A stretch of DNA of 61,418 nucleotides, filler included, from Candidatus Babelota bacterium (GCA_017999075.1; 10 parts of 10 records of this genome joined end to end with filler, not necessarily neighbours in it), one strand, 5' to 3'. Positions 39,605 to 51,148 are shown, counted from the whole stretch's first letter. Notes: generated by a model not told the origin, from the sequence alone. Translations and numbers: made by a program.

Positions 39605-40141
39605 TTATTGAAATTCAGCAAAAGCTTCTGAAAATAATATTTTATTAACATTCAATAAAATTATCGGTCTGTCTCCCGTATGTACAACTCCAGAAATATA
39701 TTCCGCTGAAATTCCTTCTACATTTTTAGGAGTTGGTTGAATGTTATTTTCTGAAATCATTCTTGCCGCAGTTACATAATCAACAATAAATCCTGCATCC
39801 CGTCCCGAATCACGCGTTATTATTATTTTAGTTCTTCGCGTATGTTTGTAAGAATAATCCGTTATTTTAAAAAATAATTTTATATCAAGTAATGCGATTA
39901 TTTCTCCACGTAGATTAATCACGCCTTTGGCAAATTCGGGTAAATTATTGACTCTAGTGTATTTGCTCATAGGAATTACTTCCCTTATATTTACTATATT
40001 AATTCCGAACTCTTCTTCTCCTAACATAAAACATATATATTGCTGTGCTTTCTCAAAATCATTCTCATTTAAAATGTTGGTTTCTTTCTTTTTTTTGAAT
40101 ATTTTTTCTGTTTTATCTGTCTGTTGTTTTACGTTTTTCAT
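39605..40141 (-). CDS. cheW: Chemotaxis coupling protein
   Basis: FMLGEEEFGINIVNIREV, KGVINLRGEI, GFIVD, YISGV. Confidence 0.93.
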   Translation of the reverse strand: MKNVKQQTDKTEKIFKKKKETNILNENDFEKAQQYICFMLGEEEFGINIVNIREVIPMSKYTRVNNLPEFAKGVINLRGEIIALLDIKLFFKITDYSYKHTRRTKIIITRDSGRDAGFIVDYVTAARMISENNIQPTPKNVEGISAEYISGVVHTGDRPIILLNVNKILFSEAFAEFQ

Positions 40142-40176
40142 AAAATCTCCTGTCCGGATGTCAGAATAATTTTTTT

Positions 40177-41694
40177 CTATATTTCGTCCAATGCTTCTAC
40201 TATATCCGTTTTGGTTTCTTTTATATTTTCGATTTTCGAATTAAATTCATTTAATGAATCAACCCGCTGCGCATTTAATTCAGAAATTGTCTGATGAATA
40301 TCTCTGAGTTTATCATTAATACTGGATACAAAAGTAACTGCATCTTCCTGTTCTTTTAAAGATCTGTTAAACCCTTCTATTGTTTTGGTTATACTTACAG
40401 AAATATCAAGTATTTTACCATTTATCGACGATCCCTTTTCAGTTTCGGTTTTCAATACATCAACCTGAGACTGAATAATCAAAATAATCTTGGTTAAATC
40501 TTTATTTTCGTTAAGCTGCTGATTAAATAACTTATTCATACTTTTAATTATTACTCCTATACTGTCAATTCCATAAACGATTTTTTGCAGCATATCTCCT
40601 GATGATTCAATTAAAAATTTACCTTCCTCAACTTTTTTACTTCCCTCATCAGTTGATTGCACCACAGCTTCAGTTTCTTTCTGAATACCTTTTATTAAAT
40701 CGCCAATATCCTTTGTTGAAGAGGCTGTACGTTCTGCAAGTTTTCTTACTTCATCAGCTACTACCGCAAATCCTTTTCCCTGTTCACCTGCACGCGCTGC
40801 TTCAACAGCTGCATTTAAAGCAAGTAAATTCGTCTGTTCAGCTATTTCATCTATAAGTTCAATAATGTTTCCTATTTCCTGAGCTTTCAACGATAAATTT
40901 TTTATTACTTTTGAAGTTTCATTCATCATCTCTGATATTTTATGCATACTTTTTACTGAATTTATTACTGATATATTTCCATCACTAACATCTTTTTTGG
41001 CTGATTCTATTGTTTCAGAAGCTTCATCAATTGATTTTATAAATCTTTCAAAATTTATTCCTGTTTTTGCCGTTTCATCAGTTATTTTAAGAATTGAATC
41101 AGTAATTGTTTCAGTTATCTCAATCAGTTTCCCTGTTGATTCAGACAATCCTGATATTAATTTATTAGAATTTTCAGAAGTAGATTTTAATAACCCGGCA
41201 TTCTCAATTGTTTTGTTCTGAACTGCACGTATTTCCGACATAACGGAACTTGTATCGGTTATTATTCCATTTAATCCTTCAAGCGCTTCACTTTCTTTTT
41301 TTAACTTTAACCTACATTCGTTAATATTCGTTTCCAGAATATTCAAAGTTTCTATTTCTTCTTTTTCTAAAACATGAATTTCGTCCAGTATGCCTTTATA
41401 TTTTTCTGTTTCTTCATCAAATTCAGATTTAATGCTTTTTTCAAATTTTTCCATAATGTCCAAAATTTTTTCTTCAACAATACCTTCCTGGCTTAAATCA
41501 ATTTTTTCAATATATTCTGCAATTTCATTTTGGTTTACATCTTTTTTGATTTTGATAAAAAATGAAATTATAATAACAGAACTTACTGAAATTATTCCGT
41601 AAAAAATCAATTGTCCTTTCAATAAAAATAATGTTGACAACATTGTTGCCATTACAACAATAAACGTCCATAATGGAATAATAAATTTATTCAC
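40177..41694 (-). CDS. Methyl-accepting chemotaxis protein with two adjacent TM helices and no periplasmic sensor domain
   Basis: [38 protein letters not shown]. Confidence 0.93.
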   Translation of the reverse strand: MNKFIIPLWTFIVVMATMLSTLFLLKGQLIFYGIISVSSVIIISFFIKIKKDVNQNEIAEYIEKIDLSQEGIVEEKILDIMEKFEKSIKSEFDEETEKYKGILDEIHVLEKEEIETLNILETNINECRLKLKKESEALEGLNGIITDTSSVMSEIRAVQNKTIENAGLLKSTSENSNKLISGLSESTGKLIEITETITDSILKITDETAKTGINFERFIKSIDEASETIESAKKDVSDGNISVINSVKSMHKISEMMNETSKVIKNLSLKAQEIGNIIELIDEIAEQTNLLALNAAVEAARAGEQGKGFAVVADEVRKLAERTASSTKDIGDLIKGIQKETEAVVQSTDEGSKKVEEGKFLIESSGDMLQKIVYGIDSIGVIIKSMNKLFNQQLNENKDLTKIILIIQSQVDVLKTETEKGSSINGKILDISVSITKTIEGFNRSLKEQEDAVTFVSSINDKLRDIHQTISELNAQRVDSLNEFNSKIENIKETKTDIVEALDEI

Positions 41695-41736
41695 AATATC
41701 ACCTTTTATATTTAAGTTTAAATATTATTCGATTTT

Positions 41737-43717
41737 TTAATTCATTCTCCCGGCTTTCATACGCAGCCGTTCTCTGGCAGTTAATTCTTTTTCCTGCTGT
41801 TTTCCAGAGATGTTTTTTTTAGTTTCGGGCTGAATTTGTTTTTCATTCACCTGCTTTTTAGCGGAATATTTCGTTGTGGGCTTTACAGATTTCATTACTT
41901 TTTCATCACTGTCGTTATCGTCAATTATTAAATCTGTATTTTCATTACTACCGCCATCTTCAGGTTGTTCTTCAACAATTTTTGCCGTCTTTTTATTTTT
42001 CAACCGGTTTTCCGCAAGTTTTTTAGCTTTAACTTTTTTATTCAATTCTTCTTGTTCCTGAGCAAGTTCTACTGTTCCTATTTTAAATTGATTAACATAT
42101 TTTTTTAATAAATCCGCGTTTTCAACAAGATTTTCAGCTATGTTATTCAATTTATCTCCTTCAGTTCCTACCGATTCAGAAGTTTCCTTAACTGTCTTTG
42201 AAGAATTTACAACAGTTGAAACAGATTCCATTTGTTTATCAATCATAACATTTACTTCATTAGCACGGTCACTCATTTTTCTGACAGTAGACAGTATATT
42301 ACTGCCTGCATCCATTAATTGAATTATCGAAGCGCTTACATTGTTCGTCAAATCATTCATTTTTGTTGATTCGTGAATTATAAGCTTCGAACTTTCTCCC
42401 TGCTGAATTGTAGAGGTTACAACCTGTTCAGTCAAACTCTGCATTTCTGTTACTGCCGATGATAACGATTGATTTGTTTTATCCTGTTCAACCATCAAGC
42501 ACGTAATTTCATTCATTGCCGTAGTTACTGTTATAACACTTGATAGAATTCCTTTTAAAGCATCTCCAGCTGTATTGACAAGATTCGCTCCTTCATTCAT
42601 TTTTATATTTGTGATATCAGAACTCTCCACTGCTTTTCTTGTTTCTTCCTGAATACCTTTTATCAGAGTTCCAATTTTTTTAGTAGCCTCGCCTGTTTGT
42701 TCAGCCAGCTTTCTGACTTCATCTGCAACAACGCTGAACCCTTTTCCGTGCTCGCCGGCTCGCGCTGCTTCTATGGCAGCATTTAAAGCAAGCAAATTAG
42801 TCTGCCCGGCTATATCGCTTATAACTTTTACTATAGTATCTATTTCTTTTGATTTGTTTTCTAATCCGTTGATTATTTCAATTTGAGTTTTTAAAGCTCC
42901 TTCTATTTCTTTGAATCCTTTTATCGTTCCGCTTACTGCTGCATCGCCCTTTTCAGCTTCAACAGACATATTTTTCGCATTATCGTTCGCTCCTTGAATA
43001 TTTTTAGTTATACTTTGCAATGTTACGATATTTTCTTCTATTGCTGATGCAGTGCTATTTACCGTATCTCCTAATTTTTTCGCATTAGTCGAAATGGTTT
43101 GTATTCCGGTAGCAATTTGAGTTATACTCGAAGATACTGTCCCCACTGATCCTGTTAATTTTTGAGTGTTTTCCCCAGCAGCCTGCAAAGATTTTATCAT
43201 CTGTTCCATTGTCGCAGAATTTTCCTGCACTGCGCTTGCCAATGAAGCAATATTATTTCTCGCTTCCTCAAATCCTGTCTGCATTTTTGACATTAAATCC
43301 GAAGTTATACCCAATGCTTCATCTTGTTTAAGAACACCGTTATTCAATTCTCCGCAGCTTACTTTTATGTCTTCTATTATTCCGGACAAACTTTGTTCAA
43401 CATTTGATATTTCACGGATAATGTTCTGCAAATTTCCTACAAACTGATTGAATCCTGTAGCCATATCTCCAATCTCGTCCTTTGACATTACAGATAACCG
43501 TTTTGTCAAATCTCCTTCTCCTTTAGCTATATCCATTACCATATCTGATATAATTCTGATTGGTTTTGAAAGCATTGCCGGAAATATGATTGCCAATGCT
43601 ATACATATTATAACAACCACTATACAAATTGATAATATTACTTTAGACGCAGCTTTAAGATTTTCTGTTGTTTCAGTTACTTTTTTATTTGCATCCAGTA
43701 TTTTTGTCTGGCCGTCA
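41737..43717 (-). CDS. Methyl-accepting chemotaxis protein (TM-HAMP-signalling domain), 5'-truncated
   Basis: [55 protein letters not shown]; frame open to the spacer. Confidence 0.94.
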
Positions 43718-43817
43718 NNNNNNNNNNNNNNNNNNNNNNNNNNNNNNNNNNNNNNNNNNNNTTAATTAATTAANNNNNNNNNNNNNNNNNNNNNNNNNNN
43801 NNNNNNNNNNNNNNNNN
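43718..43817. other. Artificial contig spacer
   Basis: N44-TTAATTAATTAA-N44. Confidence 0.98.
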
Positions 43818-43846
43818 TTATTTCTGAAATTATTTCTAATTGATGG

Positions 43847-45469
43847 ATGAAAAATAAAATTTTTGAAATTAATAAAAAAAATGGGTCTTTTGCTGTTGTT
43901 GCAATATCAGGAATTTTAATTTCGGGAGAATCTGAATCAGATAAAAACCGATTTATTGATATAATAATAGAAGATATTTCGGAACAGAAAAAAATTTATG
44001 AAGAAAAAGAAAATTTAATATCTGAGTTACAGACGTCATTATTATTTTTAGGGCAGCCGATAAAAAATTTATGCAGAGAAATAATAAAATGCGGGATGCA
44101 TAATTCGATCAGAAAAACCGCTGAATATATGAAAAAACATCAATCTGGCGCAGTTTTGTTAACAACTGAAAAAGGCGAGTGCGCAGGAATAGTTACGGAT
44201 TATGATTTTAGAGAAAGAGTTGTGGCAGCAGGATTAGATTCTGAATTGCCGAGCTTTAAAATAATGAGCGCTCCTGTCGAAAGCATAAATGACGGTGCGT
44301 TAATTTTTGAAGCGTTGTTGTCAATGCAGGAAAAAAAAGTAAATTTTCTTGCAGTTAAAGATAACACAGGAGAAATTATAAATGTGATAAGCGTTGAAAC
44401 TTTGATAAATATGTTTCAGCACACGTCATCATTTATAATTAATGAAATTAAAAATTCTGCTGATATAGAAAGTATTGCTTTGATACGGAAACGCATTCCA
44501 GGAATGATAAAAGCATTAATTGACAGCGGATCCAATGCTAAAAATATTACAGCGGTTGTTTCAAAAATTTCCGATATTATAACTCATAAAGTTATAACTA
44601 TGGCAATATCTGAACTTGGAGAACCTCCTGTAAAATTTTCTTTTTTGGCATTAGGCAGCGAAGGGAGAGAAGAACAAACTCTTGTGACAGATCAGGATAA
44701 TGCCATAATTTATGATGATTTTTCAGGTAAAGGAATGTCGGATAAACAGGTTGAAGATTATTTTGAAAAATTATCAGTGAAAATTTGCGATGCGCTGAAT
44801 TTTATCGGGTATGATTATTGCAAAGGCGGAATTATGGCTAAAAACATAAAATGGAGACAGCCGATCAGTGTATGGAAATCTTATTTTCGTGATTGGATTA
44901 ATAAAACCGAACCTGAAGATTTGCTTGATATTAGTATTTTTTTTGATTTCAGATGTATTTACGGAGAAAAAAAAATTACTGACGAATTGAGAAATTCAAT
45001 CAATGAATCCATCTCAAAAAAACCTTTTTTCTTTTATCTGTTAGGATATAATATTTTGTTGAATAAACCTCCTATAGGGTTTTTTGGAAATATCGTTCTT
45101 GATTCTTCAGGGACACATCCGGATACTTTTAATATAAAATCTGCGATAAATCATATAATTGATTTCACAAGGCTTTATGCGCTGCAGAATAATATATATC
45201 AATCAAATACTTTATCAAGGTTAAAGGATCTGTTTGCTAAGAATGTCATTTTAAAATCAACTTATAATGAATTGTTTCAATCATACAATTTTCTAATGCT
45301 TTTGAGATTTAAACATCAATGCAGATTACTCGCTGAAAATAAAAATCCGGATAATTATATTAATCCGTCTGAATTGACGCATATAGAACAAGTTATGATT
45401 AAAAAAATATTTTCTCAAATAACAGGAATCCAATCAAAAATAAGTTTTGAATTTAAAATTTCAAGTTGA
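43847..45469 (+). CDS. PAC remnant + CBS pair + DUF294 putative nucleotidyltransferase (+ DUF294_C)
   Basis: GIVTDYDFRERV, IMSAPV, LGSEGREEQTLVTDQDNA, CKGGIMA, IFFDFR, FNIK. Confidence 0.9.
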   Translation: MKNKIFEINKKNGSFAVVAISGILISGESESDKNRFIDIIIEDISEQKKIYEEKENLISELQTSLLFLGQPIKNLCREIIKCGMHNSIRKTAEYMKKHQSGAVLLTTEKGECAGIVTDYDFRERVVAAGLDSELPSFKIMSAPVESINDGALIFEALLSMQEKKVNFLAVKDNTGEIINVISVETLINMFQHTSSFIINEIKNSADIESIALIRKRIPGMIKALIDSGSNAKNITAVVSKISDIITHKVITMAISELGEPPVKFSFLALGSEGREEQTLVTDQDNAIIYDDFSGKGMSDKQVEDYFEKLSVKICDALNFIGYDYCKGGIMAKNIKWRQPISVWKSYFRDWINKTEPEDLLDISIFFDFRCIYGEKKITDELRNSINESISKKPFFFYLLGYNILLNKPPIGFFGNIVLDSSGTHPDTFNIKSAINHIIDFTRLYALQNNIYQSNTLSRLKDLFAKNVILKSTYNELFQSYNFLMLLRFKHQCRLLAENKNPDNYINPSELTHIEQVMIKKIFSQITGIQSKISFEFKISS

Positions 45470-45550
45470 TTTTACTGAAATTTATTTTGAAAAGTAAATC
45501 AGAAATAATTCTACAATAAATATAAAAAATAACTTTTTTGGAGGAAATAC

Positions 45551-46327
45551 ATGTCTACACCAACCACCGATAAAACTATAAATTTTTTTAAACCATCAAC
45601 AACCAGGGCAAGGATAGTAAGAAATGTGATAATGATTTTTATTATTATCTGGGCTGTTTCAGTGTTCGGATTTCAGATTGCATTGAAAATATTTGAAAAA
45701 TCCACTCCAGAAAAAATATATTTTTCTTTTGAAAAAATATGGAATAAAATAGAAAATGAAAGTGCTGATCTTTCTGACTACAGAGAATTTTCAAAAACTT
45801 TACTTGCAGTTTTAGGTAAAAATGTTTCAATAAAACCAAAACATAAAGAAATATTATCGTCAGTTTTAAATTTTGTTATTTATCAATTGATTCCTCCAGA
45901 AGAAAAAGAATCGCTGATGAAAGAAATCTCGGAATTAAGCGGGTTGCGTAATAAAATTAAAAAAGCTGATAACGAAGATTTAATTAATATGAAACTGATG
46001 TTTTCTGACAAGTCAGCTGTTATTTCTGAAAAATTCGGGCGGTATCTTGATTTAGAAAAGGATCATATACTGATGAGGGTTTTAATATATGAAATAACCG
46101 ATGAAATAGACAGAAAAGCTTTGACAGAATACAAAAATCAGATTTCTGATATAATGAAATTGTATTTAATCCACAACCAATCATTTCTTACAGATATTAA
46201 AATCATAGGATTTCCATTTCATTACTGGTTTACTGCAGAATTTTTATTGATTTTATTTTTGGGTTTATGTTTGGCATATTGCCTTATCATTGATCATCTT
46301 AATAAAAAATATTCGATAATCGAATGA
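45551..46327 (+). CDS. DUF4212-like symporter small subunit with a large inter-TM insertion
   Basis: INFFKP...IWAVSVFGF (TM1) and GFPFHYWFTA...AYCLIIDHLNKKY (TM2), directly upstream of an SSS permease. Confidence 0.8.
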   Translation: MSTPTTDKTINFFKPSTTRARIVRNVIMIFIIIWAVSVFGFQIALKIFEKSTPEKIYFSFEKIWNKIENESADLSDYREFSKTLLAVLGKNVSIKPKHKEILSSVLNFVIYQLIPPEEKESLMKEISELSGLRNKIKKADNEDLINMKLMFSDKSAVISEKFGRYLDLEKDHILMRVLIYEITDEIDRKALTEYKNQISDIMKLYLIHNQSFLTDIKIIGFPFHYWFTAEFLLILFLGLCLAYCLIIDHLNKKYSIIE

Positions 46328-46418
46328 TTTTGATGAATAAGTTTTATATCCGATTGATTTGATAATTGTAATATAAAAGTATATGTTTTATGTAACAGAG
46401 ATTTTCAGGAGGCACAAA

Positions 46419-48122
46419 ATGACTTTGATAAAATCAAAAATTGATTTTTTAATAATATTGTTTTTGTTGACATTTTTATTTTCGGGTGAAGTATCGGCAG
46501 AAGGATTAACTAAACTTGAAGGTAGTTTTAAAACAGGCCCTGCAATAATATTGATTATAATATTAACTGTTTTTGTGGTTGTAGGTCTTTTGAACAGAGT
46601 TAAAGATACAACAGATTATTATGCGGCAGGCAGAAAAATTTCTAAAGTGGGTTCAGGAATGGCTATTGCATCGAATTGGATGAGCGCAGCATCTTTTCTG
46701 GGTATGGCTGCAATGATGTACGGATTCGGATATGACGGACTGGCGTATGTTGTAGGATGGACAGGAGGGTATGTTTTATTGCTGATTTTAATGGCAGGCC
46801 AAATAAGAAAATACGGCAAATATACAGCTCCTGATTTTATAGGAGATAGATATTATTCTCAAGGATTGCGTGCTGCCGGAGCAGTAATTACTATATTTAT
46901 ATCATTTGCCTATTGCGTAGGCCAATTCGGAGGAATCGGATTGATGTTTAAATGGATTTTAGGAATTGATTACACATGGTCCGTAATAATAGGCGCGTCT
47001 GTAGTATTATTGTATACTCTTATATCAGGGATGTTAGGAGTAACTAAAAATATGCAGATACAGTATGTTATAATAATTATATCTTTTTTGATTCCTCTGA
47101 TAATTCTTTCTTATAAATACGGATATTTCTGGCTTGTTCCGCAAATAGGATACGGAAATATAGTAAACGATATTGTTCAAGGCATTCCGGCCGGAAAAAT
47201 TATTGATGGAGTAAAACTGACTAATGCGTATGGGAATAATTTTTCCACAGTGCCTAGTCCGGAATTTGCTATGCCGTGGGACGCTTCTACAGGTAAAAGT
47301 TTTTTTCAATGGATAGCTGTATGTTTTTCTTTGATGATAGGAACAGCCGGACTGCCGCATGTTATTCAGAGGTTTTATGTTGTTCCTAAAACTTCAGATG
47401 CAAGATGGTCAGTTGTATGGGGATTGTTTTTTATTTGTTTATTATACTGGAGCGCTCCTGTTTATTCTGCGTTTGGAAAAATTTTGTCTGCAGATCCCGA
47501 AGTTGGAACACTTGCTAAAGATGCAATCGTAGTATATACTGCTCAATTAGGAAAAATTAATCCGCTTATAGTTGGGTTTCTTGCCGCAGGAGCCATTTCT
47601 GCGGCGTTTTCAACAGTAGCAGGATTACTTGTGGCAGGCGCATCTGCATTTTCTCATGATTTATATGTTAAGGTTATAAATCCAGGAGCTTCTCCATCGA
47701 GCCAGTTACTCACAGCTCGAATCGGAACTGTTATTATGGCTGTTGCAGTTGCAATTGTAGCTTTAATGGAATTAGGATTGATAGCTCAACTGGTTGCAAT
47801 TGCATTTTCACTTGCAGGATGTACGATTTTCCCTTTGTTTTTACTTGGAATATGGTGGAGCCGTTCAAATAAACAAGGAGCAATAGCAGGACTTGTAACC
47901 GGAAGTGTGATATCTCTTGTTTCTTTGACATATTTTATAGCTGCAAAAAACGGAATAAATTTGCCTGCTCATGATTTTATAACATACTGGCTTGATGCAT
48001 GGTATTTTGCTTGGATTGGAGCTCCATTGGCAATAATAGCTAATATAACAGTATCACTTATGACAAAAGAACCTCCGGCGGAAATTCAGAATTTTCTTGC
48101 AGAACAGGTTCATGGACAATAA
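46419..48122 (+). CDS. Sodium:solute symporter, ActP/acetate-permease-like
   Basis: YYAAGR, SNWMSAASFLG, GWTGGY, GTAGLPHV, AAFST, SHDLY; AGGAGG RBS favours ATG 46419. Confidence 0.93.
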   Translation: MTLIKSKIDFLIILFLLTFLFSGEVSAEGLTKLEGSFKTGPAIILIIILTVFVVVGLLNRVKDTTDYYAAGRKISKVGSGMAIASNWMSAASFLGMAAMMYGFGYDGLAYVVGWTGGYVLLLILMAGQIRKYGKYTAPDFIGDRYYSQGLRAAGAVITIFISFAYCVGQFGGIGLMFKWILGIDYTWSVIIGASVVLLYTLISGMLGVTKNMQIQYVIIIISFLIPLIILSYKYGYFWLVPQIGYGNIVNDIVQGIPAGKIIDGVKLTNAYGNNFSTVPSPEFAMPWDASTGKSFFQWIAVCFSLMIGTAGLPHVIQRFYVVPKTSDARWSVVWGLFFICLLYWSAPVYSAFGKILSADPEVGTLAKDAIVVYTAQLGKINPLIVGFLAAGAISAAFSTVAGLLVAGASAFSHDLYVKVINPGASPSSQLLTARIGTVIMAVAVAIVALMELGLIAQLVAIAFSLAGCTIFPLFLLGIWWSRSNKQGAIAGLVTGSVISLVSLTYFIAAKNGINLPAHDFITYWLDAWYFAWIGAPLAIIANITVSLMTKEPPAEIQNFLAEQVHGQ

Positions 48123-48161
48123 TATATAAATTTTGTAAAAAATGGCAGAACTGCCATTTGG

Positions 48162-48261
48162 NNNNNNNNNNNNNNNNNNNNNNNNNNNNNNNNNNNNNNN
48201 NNNNNTTAATTAATTAANNNNNNNNNNNNNNNNNNNNNNNNNNNNNNNNNNNNNNNNNNNN
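48162..48261. other. Artificial contig spacer
   Basis: N44-TTAATTAATTAA-N44. Confidence 0.98.
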
Positions 48262-48385
48262 TGTTTTTTAATAATTCCCATAGCGTCTCAAAATCGCATA
48301 CTCCGCCAGGTAATCTAAAACCAGCTCCGATAATCGCTATCTGCTCGTTATTTTTTATATTCAGCGGAACTATCTTATCCTCTGA
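48262..48385 (-). pseudogene. Ketosynthase N-terminal fragment, in frame with the upstream AT-ACP ORF but behind a TAA
   Basis: Translates SEDKIVPLNIKNNEQIAIIGAGFRLPGGVCDFETLWELLKN (typical KS start); no ATG. Confidence 0.75.
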
Positions 48386-49711
48386 TTATTCAGTTCCAGC
48401 CAAACCTGTCAAATAATCCGCATATTTGTTGATTGTAGGATAATCAAAAGCAGTGTGCGCATTAAGTTTTTTCCCGATTTTTTTTGATATTACTCGGGTA
48501 AATTTTATTACTCCAGCTGAATCCAACCCCAATTCAAAAAATCCCGTGTTTCCATCAAATTCGTTTTTCCCAGGATTTTTTATGATTTTTTTCAGAGTTT
48601 GTTCAATCAGCGAAACAAAAATATTTTTTTTATCAGATTTAGTTTGCGCATATGTATTATTATCAAAATCTTTTTCCCGTAAATTCTTTAGTTCATCTAT
48701 ATGCTTAATTATATTTCCTGGAATATTTATGCAATTGATTTTGTTTTCCTGAAGATTAACTATTAATTCCGCTATCGTTTCATATTCACTTTCTTCTTTA
48801 TACATCGGACAGAATACCGAATAATCCATAATTTTTCTTTCAATACATATTTTCCTAATATATTCTGTCAAAGTGGGATGTGGTCCTATTTCAATGAAAA
48901 TCCGGTTTTCTTTATCAAGCACATCATTTATTGTCTTCTTAAAATTTAATCCGTTGCAAAGCTGTATAAGCCAGTAATTATACGAATAATCCGAAAACAT
49001 ATTCTGTTTTTGCGTATATGAACAATAAACAGGTATTTGCGGTTCAAAATGTTTTATATCTTTTAAAGAATCATAATATTTGCTTACAATATCTTTCGCC
49101 ATAGAATGATGGAGAGCCGCATTTGTATTTATTATACCGCACAAAATTGACTGTTCTTTTAAATTTTTAATCAATATCTCAATATCTTTTTTCTCTCCGG
49201 CTATCAATGTATCTTCTGACGAATTTATTGATGTTATCTCTATTTTATATTTATTTTGCTCTATTATTTTTTGAATTTCCAATGAAGGCATTGATACGCT
49301 TGCTATAAGTCCTTTGTCTGCAATTTCAGCTATTATATTGGTATGGGAAAAAATTATTTTCAAACAGCTTTGAATGTCAATAACTCCAGCAGCATAAGCT
49401 GCGCTCACAGAACCAAGGCTGTGTCCTATAATGCAATCTGGTTTAATTCCATAATCTTTTAAATATTCGGTAAGCCCTATCTGTATAGCGGTAACTGCCA
49501 TAATATAATGTATCGACTTTTCTGTTTTTTCTGGTTCATCAGAAAATATAAGTTTCTTTATTGAAACTTTAGATAAATCACAATATATTTTTTCTATTTT
49601 ATCTATGGTCTCTGCAAATATTCCGCCTACTTCATAAAGATTTTTGCCCATACCCTGCCATTGACTGCCAAATCCGGAATATACAAATACAACTTTATTC
49701 ATAAAACACAT
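48386..49711 (-). CDS. Type I PKS loading didomain (AT-ACP)
   Basis: VFVYSGFGSQWQGMG, GHSLG, FIEIGPHP, ACP GFFELGLDS and FDYPTI. Confidence 0.9.
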   Translation of the reverse strand: MCFMNKVVFVYSGFGSQWQGMGKNLYEVGGIFAETIDKIEKIYCDLSKVSIKKLIFSDEPEKTEKSIHYIMAVTAIQIGLTEYLKDYGIKPDCIIGHSLGSVSAAYAAGVIDIQSCLKIIFSHTNIIAEIADKGLIASVSMPSLEIQKIIEQNKYKIEITSINSSEDTLIAGEKKDIEILIKNLKEQSILCGIINTNAALHHSMAKDIVSKYYDSLKDIKHFEPQIPVYCSYTQKQNMFSDYSYNYWLIQLCNGLNFKKTINDVLDKENRIFIEIGPHPTLTEYIRKICIERKIMDYSVFCPMYKEESEYETIAELIVNLQENKINCINIPGNIIKHIDELKNLREKDFDNNTYAQTKSDKKNIFVSLIEQTLKKIIKNPGKNEFDGNTGFFELGLDSAGVIKFTRVISKKIGKKLNAHTAFDYPTINKYADYLTGLAGTE

Positions 49712-49827
49712 CCTAAAACCCGATTAACCGGAAAAATTTCTGATTATATAAAAAATATTTTTGCTGCAAAGCAGGAATTTTTTCAACAGTTCACTAAATC
49801 AGATAAAAAATAAAATATTTAATCCAT

Positions 49828-50883
49828 CTATTTTTTCACAGCTTCAATTATCTTAAATGGACTTTTTGTATCTATAATTTTGTTAAGTTCAAAACCTGAC
49901 TCTTTAAATAAAACTTTAAACTCCTCTTCAGTCCTCTCTTTTCCTCCGAATAGGGTCATCATTATAATATCAAGATAATAATTCATCATAACATCATTTT
50001 CCCTTTCTATCATAGTTTCTATAACGAGCAGTTTGTTTCCTTTTTCAAGAATTTCACAACAGTTTTTTAATATTATTAGCGAGTGTTCGTCGTCCCAATC
50101 ATGAAGTATCCATTTCAATATTATAAGATCTGGTTTTATATTTAAAGATTCAAAAAAACTGCCAGCTACAAATTCGCAGCGCGAACCGAATCTGTTATTT
50201 TCTCTGGCTTTTTCTATTACTATTTCACAATCAAAAAGTATTCCCTTAATTTTATCAAATTTGTTCAGCAGAGGGAATAAAACCTGACCATAACCTCCGC
50301 CTATATCTGCTATAGTATTTATGCCTGTAAAATCATATTTTAAAATATAAGGCAGCGCTTGCCCTGATAATTCAGCCATACTATCTGAAAATACTTCAGA
50401 ACGCTCCTTATTTTTATTGAAATATGAAAAAATATCTTCTCCGGCATAATATGTTTTATCTTTTTTATTTTTTTTTATTTTATCCGGCAGACTATACAAT
50501 CCGTCAAAATATTCTGAAATCATCATATTTATCTGATTATATATTCTATATTTCTTTGTGTTCAGTAATGCTTGGCCATATTTGTCAAGACAATATTTCC
50601 CATTATTCAAAGCTAATATCTTCAAAAAAACCGAAGCTCTTAATATTCTGTATAAATTAACCTTGTCAGCATCTATTTTATAGGTTAATTCATCAAGCGA
50701 AAGATTATCTTTATGAAGCATATCCAAAATGCCGGTTTCTATCAGTGTCCTGAATATTTGCAATTCAAAAGGAATAGAACATTTAAGCAATATCGAATAT
50801 TCAGGCAAAAGTTTATTTCCATCCACTGAAATGCCTGATTTTTCACAACTTTCATCATGAAAAAAAATATTATTCGTTATCAA
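49828..50883 (-). CDS. SAM-dependent O-methyltransferase (dimerisation + Methyltransf_2)
   Basis: DIGGGYG, GSFFE, LKWILHDWDD, GGKERT. Confidence 0.92.
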   Translation of the reverse strand: MITNNIFFHDESCEKSGISVDGNKLLPEYSILLKCSIPFELQIFRTLIETGILDMLHKDNLSLDELTYKIDADKVNLYRILRASVFLKILALNNGKYCLDKYGQALLNTKKYRIYNQINMMISEYFDGLYSLPDKIKKNKKDKTYYAGEDIFSYFNKNKERSEVFSDSMAELSGQALPYILKYDFTGINTIADIGGGYGQVLFPLLNKFDKIKGILFDCEIVIEKARENNRFGSRCEFVAGSFFESLNIKPDLIILKWILHDWDDEHSLIILKNCCEILEKGNKLLVIETMIERENDVMMNYYLDIIMMTLFGGKERTEEEFKVLFKESGFELNKIIDTKSPFKIIEAVKK

Positions 50884-51120
50884 ATTAAATATTCCTTTAA
50901 TAAAAATTTTTAATAAAAATAAAATATAATAAATAAAAAATCAATAATAAATTTTAAAAAAAATTTTTTAATAATATTGTTTTAATAAATAAATTTCTCA
51001 TTTTTTAAAAATACAATTTTATACTTCAAAAAATACTTCAAAATAATTATATATTCTCATATTTATAAAAAAACTCAAAACATATATAATTGTTTGACAT
51101 TTTAATTTTTACAAAAAAAA

Positions 51121-51148
51121 TTGACAAAATAATTTATTTTTTTATAAT
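51121..51148 (+). promoter_or_regulatory. Sigma70 consensus promoter for the DUF697-PPTase pair
   Basis: TTGACA-16 bp-TATAAT, then GGAG RBS and ATG 51177. Confidence 0.7.

Noticed and set aside
48140-48159. AAATGGCAG-AA-CTGCCATTT hairpin as a terminator or IS end
   Set aside because: It sits at the contig edge with a very short loop and no visible downstream context, so it cannot be classified.
43841-48388. Alternative genetic code or stop-codon reassignment suggested by the in-frame TGA and TAA
   Set aside because: Many genes end normally at TGA or TAA, and ORFs of 1300-2150 aa have no internal stops. The two cases use different codons and both lie near contig ends.
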